Source: Mobula hypostoma | Lineage: Eukaryota | Length of the DNA: 64,000 bases | Assembly: GCF_963921235.1 (NCBI RefSeq) | Contig: NC_086112.1 | Location: 42,160,001-42,224,000, forward strand | Reading direction: 5' to 3' | Shown here: piece after piece, positions 14,405 to 27,301 of the stretch | Layout of the letters: every line of letters begins with the position of its first letter | Position numbering within the stretch: position 1 is the first letter of the stretch | Notes under the pieces: model-generated | Told to the model about the DNA's origin: nothing | The model's database searches: none | Seen by the model: the letters and a program-made list of their open reading frames with translations, nothing else | Position numbers and translations under genes: made by a program

Positions 14405-14479
14405 CTGAAACGAAATTTTCTGCCTTTGAAAAAGATGTTGCTGCTGGAGACTGTCTTAATTTGACTGGATTTTGCATAC
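14405..14479 (-). CDS. FRMD3: FRMD3 coding exon (75 nt): YAKSSQIKTVSSSNIFFKGRKFRF(S), FERM-adjacent region
   Basis: YAKSSQIKTVSSS matches recalled FRMD3; ttaaag| acceptor and |gtgagt donor. Confidence 0.95.
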
Positions 14480-17400
14480 CTTTAATATGGTAGAAAGTTA
14501 TTAGTATTTGGGGTTTCTAGGAAAACCTGTATCTAACAAATTGTTCTGCATTACATCAAAGGCAAGATTCATTGCTAATGCACAGTGGTCCACAATTCTT
14601 CAGTTCATTAAAAATTTAGTGAGGAAAATTGTAGACTGATGAGTTCATATATTACCTCAATCTAAAAGCAAAGTGAACTAAATGCTACGCAAATATAAAT
14701 ATTAAAAAAATCTTCTTTCCATTTTCCATACAATTATTACAATTTTTAACACTCAGAAAATATCACCTTTGCAGCAACCTCACAGCGAAACATTCACCAA
14801 AATATCTCTAGGTTACAAGCATCGTTGGACTGGATCTAGTGCAGTGCCTCATTCTCAGAGATTTATAGGATTATGTACTGTATACCCTGAGCTCCATGCC
14901 AAAGCAGTCAAGTTCCCTGAGACCAATCCAAAGAGTACATATCTCTGTGAGGCTGGAGAATATAGTTTGATCGTTGAGCCTTTAAGTAGCATAGCTTCAG
15001 GGGTAACTGAATTTGTAAAACGCTGGTGTTCCAGGAGTCAGTAAACATTCTCCTCTTTTAGCCAGGAAGCCGGAATATCTAATGGCAGACAAAATGTACT
15101 AAGTTCATTACTGCTTAAGTCGGTTGGGGAGTTTGATGCCAGAAAAAAATGTTACGAGTGCAAAAAAATAGGATTAAGAGACGAATCTTCTGGCATGCAC
15201 TAAAACAACTTAGCTGCTGCAAAGTTAACAAATTTCGTGACACATGCCGGTGATACTAAACCTGATTCTGATTCTCATTCTGAACATTAAGGAATTCATT
15301 TAAAATTGCTTCACACCTGGCTAAATCAAATTCCAATTGTGTGGCACTATTTCTTGGGAGTAATAAAAATGATCGTCTAATTCAGAATATTAAAGTGAGA
15401 CCAGGCAATTAAAAACCCAAATCAGGCTTTCTTTACTATCCCCGTGAATATGTGATTTCACAGTCCAAGTGTATCAACCTTTCCTCAAGTCAGAAGCGAT
15501 GCCAAGCTTTGGCTTCCCTACCCTTCAGAAGGAACACTTTACTGGAATTGCTGTTGATCAAATGAACAAACTGAATCAATTGGCAAACACTACTCGAGGC
15601 TGTCAGTACAAATCAAATAAGTTGGACTGCTGTTAAAATCAGCTTACAATCATAACTAGAAATTTATAATGCCTTTGATATAGAAAATTTGTCCAACTAT
15701 TATTCTAGATTATGGAGTTAGTACTGGGGGAAGAAAGTTTTTGATGAGAGTGAAGATATTTAATTGGAGTAAGTTTTGGCTTGGAATACCAAGTTAACAT
15801 TTGGGTGCAGAACAGCAGTGGAGAAAAGAGAGGTGTTGAAGAAGTTGTCTGATGTCTTCAAAATAACCACAAGCTGCTGAGCAGTCGCATGAAGATGGAA
15901 AAGAGGAGGAACCCACAGGTGAAAGAAAATGTTGAAAGCAAGAACTGCTGGGGGTCCTCAGAGTGACTGCAGCGGAACAGGCTGGGGAAGTTGTTTGAAA
16001 TTTGGTAAGAGGAGGACATTGGGGATGAATTGTTTGGTCAGCAGCTTCAAAGCTGGGGAAAGGTTAGTGAAGCTGTGAAGGAATAGTGCAGCCAGTTAAA
16101 TTCACATGAATATTGTCTAAACTCAATCTAGAGTTGTGGAAAGCATAGAAATCTGAACAGAGGAGATGAAACAAAGAATTGTGATACAGATGAATGCTGA
16201 TCTGCAAAATAGCATAAACACAATACCCTAAAAAAGAACAAGGACATTTAACAGTGCATCATAGCTAGCAAATGCAGAGTACTTTTTGAGAAGAGGGAAT
16301 ATAGCAATGTTCTGGAAAGCTCAGAATGAACCATTTACATTTTCACCCAGAACAATGAAATCCTGTTATTATCATGGAGTAACAGAGGGAAGAAGATACA
16401 GCGCCTTTATTGACGTAATCTGTATTTACAGGGATATACGAAGACTGGCATTAAAATTAAACATTGCATAATCATTTACATTACAAAAGTAGAATTTTCA
16501 GAAGTTCAGCATAGCTTTAAATTGGGAAACTTGGGTTCAAAGTATCTCACAAGTATCAGTGAGAAAAATTATTGGATTAGTGCAAAAAGTGGATGGATTC
16601 ATTAATATATTTTTATGGACGACAAATTTTTGCCCTTTATGTAATTCACCATTTTGACTGAACAATAACAACCCTCTGCAGTGATAAAAAAAACTACTTG
16701 GTTGTATTAAACCACTACAAAGAAAACAACAAAACTGGATAGGCATAAATAACAATGTTGGTACTGAATCAGGACACAATGAAGAGACATGACCCACTCA
16801 GTCCATGAAACAACGACTTACTAATATCTGGATACTAAAAAAGTAGCTCACAGAATCAAACCTATCAGCCAGTGCCCCAGAATTCTATCTCATCATTTCA
16901 GGACATGCCACTTATATATTCAAACGGAATCCAAAATATTTAATTTTATACAATGCAATGTTAAAAAGCTTTGATACGTGGTGAATACAGTATATCTCCA
17001 GTTCTGTTGATTTACAGAAACATCAATTCTGTTTCTCTTTCTACATTGCTGTCTGACTATTCAAATGCTACTTCCTATTCCTAGTATCAACCTTTTTTTC
17101 CTATTTGCATTTGAGATTGATATATCCACAAATTGCAATTCAGTTAAGAACTAAAAATGGTAATAGTTTTCTTTCAGCCAGAAGTATTGGAATGATAGAA
17201 CATCTGAAACAGGTTTCTGGATGAGTCTGATATCATAGTGCCAGAATTTTTCAACTCGCAAAACAAAGAAAGAAACGTTATACAACAACAAAGGCACTAC
17301 TGAAATGTCAGTGAACAGTACACAATGCCAGAAAATGATTTAAATCTTTCCCACTGAATGTTAGTGAGTGATATTGGAATTATGTCCTATTGTTATTTCT

Positions 17401-17736
17401 GTGAGCAGCTCTTGCAGCTAATCTGAAGAGGCTATGAAAATATTCAACTCTAAAGAACACAGCCAATTCCGCACTCTCGCAACTTTCTTACAAAAAGCCC
17501 TGCACAAGCCTACTATAGCTACACCTTTCATTCTTCTAATATAGCCCTCAATATTGATCTCAAACTACTAAAATTATCCATAACAATTTTAATGCTAAAA
17601 GTAAACACATAAAGTTCTATACATTATTTTAAAAGTATACACAATCATAAAAGAGAGGGGAAAATATGGGATACATCTAAATAGGTTAAGAAAAGTTTCA
17701 GTATTGATTAAAACCATTTCACTAATTACAAACTCA

Positions 17737-17970
<234 letters not shown>

Positions 17971-18129
17971 TTAAAAGATGCTGGCACCACCTTCATAAAC
18001 TGATAATTCTTTTTGTGGATCAGTAGAGATTGAGAGATTATTTTTGTCTGATTATGTAGAGCTACGGGCACCAAAGCCAACATATATCATCCAAACATTT
18101 GCACAGCTGCACCCTTCAGAAGGGTCACA

Positions 18130-20300
18130 TGAATAATGACCATACAATGAAGAGGTGGTCACAGCTGGCAGAGGAGAGGCTATGGGATTGCTTCGAGTCA
18201 GTGGACTGGGCTGTGTTCAAGGACGCAGAGGATCTGAACGAATACTCCACAGTTGCCACAGACTTTATAAAAGCAGATGGAAATGAGTGTATCCCCCCCA
18301 AAATCATTCAGAGTCTTCCCCAACTAGAAACCCTGGATGAACCATGAGATCCGCAATCTGCTGAGGGTCAGATCAGTGGCATTCAGGTCTGGCGACTAAG
18401 TAAAATACAAGAAGTCCAGGTACGATCTCCGGGGAGACATATCACATGCAAAGTGGCAATTCCAGACCAAACTTGGATCACTGAAGGACAGTTGTGGAAG
18501 GGCCTGAAGGCTATCACCTCCTACAAAATGAAACCAAGCCACATACATTAGGTGACAACAAGGTTTGCTCCCAGATGAGCTCAATGCCATTTATGCTCAC
18601 TTTGACCATCAAAGTGCTGAAGCACCTACACAAACTCCCACAGACCTAATGACCCTGTGATTTCAGTCTCTGAGGCAATGTGAGAGCATCTTTCAGGAGG
18701 GAAACCCACAGAAAGCATCTGGACCAGATGGGGGATCCAGCCAATTGCTAAAGACCTGTAAAGATCAACTGACTGGAGTGTTCACCGATGTGTCAGCAGT
18801 CTGGGGTACCCACCTGCCTCAATTATACCAGTGCCTAAGAATAACGTAATGAGCTGCATCAGTGACTATAGTCTGGTAGCACTCACATCCACTGTGATGA
18901 AGTGCTTTGAAAGGTTAGTGATGAAACATTAACTCCTGCCTGAGAAGCAGTTTAAATCCACTCTAACTTGCCTGCTGTCATTACAGATCAACAGAAGATG
19001 CCATTTTATTGGCTCTTCACTCAACACTGGAACATCTGGACAGTGAAGGTGCATACATCAGGATGCTCCTTATTGGCTATTATTTAGCATTCAATACTAT
19101 CATCCCCTCAAAACTAATCAATAAGATTCTAGACCTGAGCTTCAATACTTCCATGTGTAACTGATCCTCAATTTCCTCATTTGCAAACTCCAGTCAGTTC
19201 AGATTGGCAGCAACATCTCCTCCACAATCTCCATTGGCACAGGTGCACCACAAGGCTGGGTGCTTAGCCCTGATCTACTCGCCTTACACTCATGACTGTA
19301 TGGCTAAGCACAGCTCCAATACCTTATTTAAGTTTGCTGATGACACCACTGTCATTGGCCGAATCAAAGGGGAAATGAATCAGGAGGGAGATTGAAGATT
19401 GGCTGAGTGGTGCCACAAGAACAAACTCTCACAAGACCAAGGAGCTGATTACTGACTTCAGGAGGAGGAAACCGGAGGTCCATGAGCCAGTCCTCATCAG
19501 GGGATCAGAGGTGGAGAGGGTCAACAACTTTAAATTCCTCAGTGTTATAATTTCACAGGACCTATCCTGGGTCCAGCACGTAAGTGCCATTATGAAGAAA
19601 GCAGTGCAGCACCTCTACTTTCTTATAAGTTTGTGAAGATTCAGCATATCATCAAAAACTTTGACAACTTTCTATAGATGTGCGGTGGAGAGTATATTGA
19701 CTGGTTACATCATAGCCTGGTATAGAAACACCAATGCCCTTGAATGGAAACTCCCACAAAAAGTAGCAGATATGGCCTAGTCCATCACTGGTAAAGCCCT
19801 CCCTACTGCTAGGTACATCTACACAGAGCACTGTCGTAGGAAAGCAGCATCTATCATCAAGAACCCCTACCATCCAGGTCATGCTCCCTTCTCACTGTTG
19901 CCATCAAGAACATTGTACAGGAACCTCAGGTCCCACACCACAAGGTTCAGGAACAGCTATTAACCCTCAACCTTGAAGCAGAGGGGATAACTTCACTCAA
20001 CCCATCACTGAAACATTCCTACAATCTATGGACTCACTTTCAAGGACTCTTCAACTCATGTTCTCAATATTTACTGTTTTTTTTAATTATTATTATTATT
20101 ATTATTACTTTTTTCTGGTTTTTGTATTTGCACAGTTTGTTGGCTTTTGTATATTGGTTGTTTGTCCTGTTGGGTATGGTCTTTCATTGATTCTATTATA
20201 TTTCCTGTTTTTACAGTGTATGCCCACAAGAATGAATCTCAGGGTTGTATACGCTGAAATATACACATGTTGTTTGATAATAAATTTACTTTAAACTTTG
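18130..20300 (+). mobile_element. Rex1/Babar-type LINE, 5'-truncated and degenerate
   Basis: LWDCFESVDWAVFKD and FKFADDTTVIG (RT FADD motif); 3' end aataaatttactttaaactttg; (tat)n in the 3' UTR. Confidence 0.85.
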
Positions 20301-21890
20301 ATCAAATTTGAAATCACTGGTTGTTTTTTACCACTCCTTTTCTGGTCGAAACTGAAGCTAACTCTTTTGTGTACTGTTGTTGCTCAGACCAGCAACTGGA
20401 TCTAAGACCTTTCCACCCAATATGGCTCTCTGCCAGAAAACACCATTTTCATGAAATGAAATAATGAAGAAACAACACCATGAGACGTTAAGTATTATTT
20501 GTTTCCTAACTCACAGTGACTATAACTTCATGCATCTGATTTGTTATTATGTCGTTCATAACATTAAAGTTATTGTATTATTCTGTTTAGATTACAGCAG
20601 AATTTTTTCAAAATTAATCAAAAAAACTATTGTGGATCACATAAAACAGAAAATTAAGATCCAATTGAATAACAGGAGATTCTCTTTATTGAACTACCAA
20701 TCTTCTAGATTCCGAGTTGTATGTAAATTGAGGGTTACCATCTTGCCTCAAAGGTTATTTATTTGTAACTTTAAACCCCAGTTTTGCATGGAGAGTACAG
20801 GCTGAAGTCACTATGCTTTACCAATTTAACAAGCCTCCATCTTCTTCCCCATCACAACTTAAATATGTTATGTACTGCCCCGGACAGTACCTGACCCAAA
20901 TCCTCTGGATATGATCCACTACATAGTTGTGGGAGAAATATTTATTCCTGATCCACTTAAGGCCTCAGCTAGTTCAAATTCATAGCACAACGTAGTATTG
21001 TACCTAATTAATGATCCCGTTGTCCTGGTTTAATATAATTCCTTTGAATAATCCAAATGTTTCTTGTCATTAGTTCATTTGCATTTTCTTCCTACATTCA
21101 AATCTACTTATTTATGCCACAATGCAGCAAACTAATTTTAAAGCATATTAAAGTTTGAGTACTGTATATCCAAAGAAATATATACCTGCTGTTAGCTGTC
21201 GTTGTACTTCAGGTGAAAGATTAAGCTACATTTAACCTAATGAAGGCTGCAGCGGCTGTAGCTCCACTTTTTAGGACTTAATATGTCAACCAGAAAAATA
21301 ATACATATTTCTAAAATGTTTCAGGATATTTGTGCATCTGGGGTATTACAAGTCATTTACTCTTTCATGCCAGGAACAGCCTGGATGTGAGGCTGATTAT
21401 AGGACTACTTTTTAGCCAAGTGAAGGTCATTAGGTTTCTGATGTGTTTCATTGAAAAAGGCTGTGTGCAATAATTAAACAGCATCCTGCTTTTCTCATGG
21501 CACAGCTGCATCCACAATTCAGTAAGTGCTGATGATTAACCACCACATTAACTTCTTGGAATGTTAAAATGACAATTACTGCATACACACAGCGATAGGT
21601 TGCTGCCAATTTCTGCCATTTATATTATCCAAAATATGAGGTAAATAGGACAAAACCCCAATGCACCAACCTGGTTGACAGAAACAGGTGGAGATTTAAT
21701 AATAATTTGTGGAGGAGGAAAGCATGATCTCATATTTACAGATGTAACCAACAACTCAATATGTTATATTATAAACGGTAAGTGACATGCTAAAGAACTT
21801 TACACAGAGGAAGCTGCTCAACCAGTGCTCTATAATGTCTGTTTTTGTCTTTTTCAAATAAAGGTACATGAACAAAAAGTAATGTCTGAC

Positions 21891-21954
21891 TTCTTTCTGA
21901 AGGCCATGAACATGGAATGTCTTCCCACTGAACTTCAATTTGCTGACATCAGAC
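21891..21954 (-). CDS. FRMD3: FRMD3 coding exon (64 nt): SDVSKLKFSGKTFHVHGLQKE
   Basis: KLKFxGKTF FERM-C motif; ttccag| acceptor and |gtcaga donor. Confidence 0.93.
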
Positions 21955-22290
21955 CTGGAAAAGGAACAAAAACAAAATAGGAAGAATTGTACTACTAAAC
22001 CACAAACTCACTACAAAATTCATTAAAATGCATTATTGATTTGCAGATCATAAATATGAAAGACAAAAATATTGAATGCCCATTATCTAAATTAATAGCA
22101 GAAGATGCTGAAAGGACTCAAAAGAGCAGGCTGCAAACGTAGAAAGAGAAAGTGAGCTAATCTTTCTGGACAACATCTTTTCATCAAGCTTGTATCAAAA
22201 AAAGTAATCGATTGCTTAATTCTATTTTTCTCTAGAGATGCTGTCAAGCCTATTTCCAAAAATTTTAGTATTATTTATCAAGAAAACACT

Positions 22291-22391
22291 AGTCCTGAAG
22301 AAGGGTCTTGGCCTGAAAATGTCGACTGTGTATTCATTTCCATAGATGTTGCCTGAGCTGCTGAATTCTTCCAGCATTTTGTATGCATTGC
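22291..22391 (+). mobile_element. About 100-bp PLE tail beginning at the hammerhead
   Basis: AGTCCTGAAGAAGGGTCTTGGCCTGAAAATGTCGACT...ccagcattttg; CACTAG on both sides. Confidence 0.8.
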
Positions 22392-23280
22392 ACTAGACCA
22401 TATTATGGTTGCCCAGACCACACAATGCATTTGCTTCTCCCTCAATATCCATGGGGATGCAGAGTTCCTAATATCCCAGAGGTCGATCCCGATTCTGGGA
22501 TCATTCTAAAAGATAGTTTAGTTTGTCAAAAACATTTCCCAGAATCAGATTTAGTATCACGAATGCATACCATGAATTTTGTTGTGTCAGCAATAAAGTG
22601 CAAGACATAAAAACTACTAAAAGTTATAAAATAAATATGCAAAGATAAATAATGAGGTTCACAAACTGTTCAGAAACCTGAAGGCTAGTAGATTTTCCTA
22701 TTTTCCGCTATTTATAAATGTTTCAGAAAATCCATATCATTTAATAACTGAAAGCTAATATATTGAAACACTTTACCTTATGTACATTGCTATTAATGAG
22801 TAAGTTAAAAAGTAATCTATAGGTTCACTGAGGGACAAAGCCATATTTGAATGAATAGGGACAAACCAGATCCACTTGCCATGGCTCATGTACAGCCAAG
22901 GGGCCAAATGCAAAGTATTCAGCTCTTCATGTTGGAATGAGCAGGAACTGGTGTTTCATTCACTGCTGAGTCAATCAGTGGATAAGGAGCCAAAACGCAT
23001 CACTATCTGACCTCCAACACTTTCCAGTACAGTATTTCATAATCCACATAAAAGCAGTACAGGCCTTCCCAAGACACTTTCTGCATTTAGTTTGAATACA
23101 CCTAACTATTATCTTAATTTCATCAGCACTCTTTACATTGTAACAGAACTCTATTGTTGAACAGAAGTTTTGAAATTTGCAATTAATTCAGCATCAACAG
23201 CTGTATGGGGAAAGAAATGCAGATTCCCACCAACCTTTTAATAATGGTTTTCTAACTAACCTAGAACAGCTTATTCCTAA

Positions 23281-24139
23281 TGTTACGTACCCCGTAACTG
23301 GGTTGCCAAACCAGCAGAAATGGATCACTCAGTTGGAGTCTGGAGTACTAGAACTAAGAAAGTTTTATTAAAGAAACAAGCAACACAGTAATCGAAAGGA
23401 TAATAAATGCAACAATTCAACAATGATAACCACACATGTGCACAGAATTAAGATAACAGCATCAATCAAGCTCTATCGTTGTCTAGGGGTAAATGACCAA
23501 TTTCAAAATGACTCAAAGTTCAGTCCAGTTTAGTAGTTCAGTTCGCAGTAATCGTTGTCATGGCGATGGACAAGGTGGGGAAGAGAGACATAGAATAGGA
23601 ACAACTGATCATTCAGCACAGCTTCACTCACAGACCAGCGAGATGGCTCACAAACAGCATTTGGGCGGGTCCTTGGTGATGTCACCTGAGGTCACCGACT
23701 GTGACCCCTCCTCCAGATGCGGTCGATCCTCTGCAGTGAACCCGGCACCCAGGCAAGGGCGGACACACACCGGGTTCCCGCTGATCGTACCTTTCCACCC
23801 TTGTCGTTGTCCGGTACTTCTCACCCACTCGTGAGAAGCGCACCGCTTCCAGGGTCTCGTTACCTCGGGTGGCGTGTGTGTCTGTCTTAGCGAACCTGTC
23901 CCTTTTTATCCCCCTGCTGGGGTATCGCCTGTCCATCACTTCAAACAGTTCAGGGTTCAAAGGGGGGAGCCACTCCAGACAGCTCTTCCTCCCACATCCC
24001 TTCATTACACATCTCCAGACGCTGCTCCATTGTTCCTTATCTCTCCTTCCCCTGAGGGCAGGTGGCAGACCAACTGCTGATGCCACTGATGCTAGCCCAG
24101 GCCAGCAAACATCTTAATTTTATGTGTATTCTCGTAACA
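23281..24139 (-). repeat. 3' LTR (859 bp)
   Basis: Adjacent to the PPT; AATAAA on the minus strand at 23364-23369. Confidence 0.96.
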
Positions 24140-24151
24140 CTTCCCCCCTTT
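24140..24151 (-). promoter_or_regulatory. Polypurine tract
   Basis: AAAGGGGGGAAG immediately before the 3' LTR. Confidence 0.9.
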
Positions 24152-24311
24152 AAGGATTTTTACCGGGAGGTAAAAATTACAAACATGACTACATTATCTG
24201 ATACATACACAATATACATCTTTAACAGTTATTTAGCTAATACAGAGAATTTGAAGCTGTCAATACCTTGACAGACAGTCATCACATTTTCTGTTCCTTT
24301 TACACGTGTTA

Positions 24312-27206
24312 TTAATAATCCCTTAGACCAGGCTCCAACTCAGCAAACTTCATAGTGGCCAAAAACACTGATGAATTGCGACCAATGTAACCTCTCATTT
24401 GGTTTTGTCCCGGACCACAACAACAAGGGTCGTCCCATTCCGACTCAATTTTCCCTCGCAAGGGCTTAGTAGGAGGGGGACGGGTATTGACCGCAGAGTT
24501 ATTGCAAAACTTCCTGCAGTACCCCACCATCTCCAAAAGCCTTCTGAGGGCCCTCTTGTCTGTCGGGGTTGGGAGGTCAGCGATAGCCTGCACTGTAGCT
24601 TGCATCACTGCCAGCTGCCCCTGTGTCACCACAATTCCCAGGTAAGTGACATTCGTGTGGCCGAATTCATTTTTTCCAAGGTTCACTATCAAGCTGGCTT
24701 CAGACAGCCGTGTTAAATTGCCAATACACACCTCTGTGTTCATCAGCCCTTTAGTCACTGAGTTACTCAAAAAATATGGGTGTTGTTTACTTGGCCGCCC
24801 TATTGTAACAGACATAACCCAACGTCCCAGTTCTTTGCATTTCCTCGGGACAATCAAACACATGGGTGCGAGTCGTTTAATTACTCCTTCGGGGATTAAG
24901 GGAGAGACCTTATCAGTAGACCTGGCCAAAACAATAGCCTTCTCCCATCTGACCGATCCCATCCTAATCTTTTCAAAATGGTTTTTTCCTCTTAGCAAGG
25001 GGCCCCTAGCTTCATTGATTTCCACGCTAACACCGACTAGGTTTGTTAGCATATCAAAAGCCGGTGACCGTCTCAGTTCGCGTCGGTCATGATCAATAAC
25101 ATTTTTCCCCCTGGGCAGCCGGTAACTCTCTTTCATGATTCCACCAACTGTTTCCTCCAGCACCGCAAAATGTCCACCGGGGGGTACCTCGTGGGCCATG
25201 TTAAAAACCTCATCCCCATAACTCTTTTGCACCACCCCCCACTCCTCATCTGCGGATGCTGTACTTGATTTCCCTTTCTTCCTTAGCACTTCCTCGTCCG
25301 CACAATAGCTTGTCAAGGCTGTGTCAGAGAGAGCGGTCTCGGCCAAAACCATCAGCCCCTCGTCTCGCTCCTGCGTCTGCACAAATTCTTTCCTGGCTAC
25401 TGCTACGTCCGTCCCAGCTCCCTCACTACCTCTTATCTCACTACACCCTGTCTCATACAAGGTTGGCAGAAATGTTTCAGCCAAGTTCACCATCGCGGGC
25501 GGGGCCTCCATGCTGGCAGGCTGACCCGTCAATCTCACGACTGGGAACACGATTCCTCCGGCGATGTCATTACCGAGCAAGACTTCCACGTCTTTCATCG
25601 GTAATTCGGACCTCACCCCAATCGTGACTAGTCCAGAGACCAGGTTGCTCTGTAAATGTATCTGGTGCAAAGGGACTGACTCTGTCCCTTCCCCAACACC
25701 TTTGACCTCTACCTCCCCAGTCTGGGTCTCTGAGCTAAACTCTAATACACTCTTCAGTATTAGTGACTGACACGCTCCCGTGTCTCTCCAGATCCGCACT
25801 GGAACTGGTTTTAACCTTTTTTTCATTGACACCAGTCCGGCCGAGATAAACCTCTCGCGCCCTTCCTGGACTTTTTCAGACCTGTCCTTCCCTAGCGGTT
25901 CGCTTAACAGCTCAATACAGCCATTCAAAATTTCCGCTTTTCCTTTCCCCGTCTCCTTCCTTGGGGCAAAGCACCTGGACGCAAAGTGTCCGACTTTCCC
26001 ACAATTATAACAGACGACCCCAGGAGACTTCCTACCAGGCTGCTCCCGGTCTACCTTATCCTTTTCACTAGTCCCCGGCTTACTTTCTGACTTTTCCGGC
26101 GGACTCTCCCCGCCGTCCTGACTACCCTTCTGGTAGCCTTTACTCGGGGCAACCTTCATTTTATGCGTCAACGCATACTCATCCGCTAACTTAGCAGTTG
26201 CGGCTAACGTGGCTGCCTCTTTCTCATCGAGGTAGGGTCTCATACCCTCAGGGACACAACCTTTAAACTGCTCAATCAGAATCAGTTGCAGCAGTCTGTC
26301 ATAATCCCCCTCTACCCCCTTCGAGGCGCACCAACGCTCACAATATGTTTGCATCTCGCGAGCAAACTCCAAATACGTGCGGTCCCACCGCTTCCTCGCA
26401 TTCCGGAACCTCTGCCGGTATGCCTCCGGGACCAACTCATAAATCCTGAGGATGGCCTCCTTCACCACCTCATACTTCTGGGCATCTTCCGCGGATAAAG
26501 CGGAGTAAGCTTGTTGGGCCTTCCCTTTCAGTACACTCTGAAGTAAGACAACCCACTTATCCCTCGGCCAGTCCTGACTTATAGCTACTTTTTCGAAGTG
26601 GAGAAAGTACCGATCCACATCGGTATCGTCAAATGGGGGAACCAGCCTAACCTCCTGGGTCGCCCGGAACCCTCCACCTTGGTTCGGCACGAGCCCCTGC
26701 TCGGCCCTTATCTTTAACTTCTCCAGCTCAAATTCCCTTTCCCTCTGTTTCTCCTCTCTCTCCAACTGTCTGTCCCTCTCTCTCTCTTCTCTCTCCAACT
26801 GTCTGTCCCTCTCCTGCCTTTCTAACTCTCTCTCTTTCTCCTGCCTTTCTAACTCTCTCTCTTTCTCCTGCCTTTCTAACTCTCTCTCTTTCTCCTGCCT
26901 TTCTAACTGCTTCTCTTCGTGTTCTAACTGCCGTACCCGGAACTCGTGCTCGAGTCTCAGTTTTTCAAGCTGTACCTGTACCGCGTCTCCAGCAGGTTTT
27001 TCAATAGACACCACCCCCAGCTCACCTTGGGGAAACACACCTTTAGATACATAGTGCTCTACAATAGCTCTGTGTATCTCCTCTCTCCTCATTGTCGACT
27101 TCACCTTAGCAAGATTCACCCGTTTGGCCACAGCTATCAATTCCGATTTCCTGGCATCCTCTAATGCCTCCAAGGTCGGCGCCTTTATAAATTCCTCAAC
27201 CTCCAT
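24312..27206 (-). CDS. 964-aa Gag-protease-pseudo-Pol polyprotein
   Basis: Coiled coil (ERQEKEREL repeats); capsid/SCAN-like region (PEAYRQRFR...LILIEQF...LADEY); CCHC knuckle CYNCGKVGHFASRC (about 25971-26012); protease RDTGA...LLGND; then IN HH relic AHEVPPGGH, KQHPY, CIGN where YxDD is expected, and RT thumb VTYLG...LRRLLEMVGYCRKF. No RNase H. Confidence 0.9.
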   Translation of the reverse strand: MEVEEFIKAPTLEALEDARKSELIAVAKRVNLAKVKSTMRREEIHRAIVEHYVSKGVFPQGELGVVSIEKPAGDAVQVQLEKLRLEHEFRVRQLEHEEKQLERQEKERELERQEKERELERQEKERELERQERDRQLEREERERDRQLEREEKQREREFELEKLKIRAEQGLVPNQGGGFRATQEVRLVPPFDDTDVDRYFLHFEKVAISQDWPRDKWVVLLQSVLKGKAQQAYSALSAEDAQKYEVVKEAILRIYELVPEAYRQRFRNARKRWDRTYLEFAREMQTYCERWCASKGVEGDYDRLLQLILIEQFKGCVPEGMRPYLDEKEAATLAATAKLADEYALTHKMKVAPSKGYQKGSQDGGESPPEKSESKPGTSEKDKVDREQPGRKSPGVVCYNCGKVGHFASRCFAPRKETGKGKAEILNGCIELLSEPLGKDRSEKVQEGRERFISAGLVSMKKRLKPVPVRIWRDTGACQSLILKSVLEFSSETQTGEVEVKGVGEGTESVPLHQIHLQSNLVSGLVTIGVRSELPMKDVEVLLGNDIAGGIVFPVVRLTGQPASMEAPPAMVNLAETFLPTLYETGCSEIRGSEGAGTDVAVARKEFVQTQERDEGLMVLAETALSDTALTSYCADEEVLRKKGKSSTASADEEWGVVQKSYGDEVFNMAHEVPPGGHFAVLEETVGGIMKESYRLPRGKNVIDHDRRELRRSPAFDMLTNLVGVSVEINEARGPLLRGKNHFEKIRMGSVRWEKAIVLARSTDKVSPLIPEGVIKRLAPMCLIVPRKCKELGRWVMSVTIGRPSKQHPYFLSNSVTKGLMNTEVCIGNLTRLSEASLIVNLGKNEFGHTNVTYLGIVVTQGQLAVMQATVQAIADLPTPTDKRALRRLLEMVGYCRKFCNNSAVNTRPPPTKPLRGKIESEWDDPCCCGPGQNQMRGYIGRNSSVFLATMKFAELEPGLRDY
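26730..26930 (-). repeat. 27-bp coding tandem repeat in gag (ERQEKEREL / EREERERDRQL coiled coil)
   Basis: CTTTCTCCTGCCTTTCTAACTCTCTCT-type units repeated about 3 times, plus degenerate units. Confidence 0.85.
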
Positions 27207-27275
27207 TTCTGCTGTTTGTCTTTTCTTTCTTTCGGGAATTTTAACCCAATCAATTTACTCCGTCCCAAATTTAGC

Positions 27276-27301
27276 GTTCAAAATCGCGGACGAGAACCCC
27301 A
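27276..27301 (-). promoter_or_regulatory. Primer-binding site, tRNA-Pro-like (imperfect)
   Basis: Minus strand TGGGGTTCTCGTCCGCGATTTTGAAC, 4 nt after the 5' LTR, compared with the tRNA-Pro complement TGGGGGCTCGTCCGGGATTTGAAC. Confidence 0.8.

Noticed and set aside
26730-26930. CRISPR-like repeat array
   Set aside because: The repeats are contiguous with no spacers, encode the Gag coiled coil, and the context is eukaryotic.
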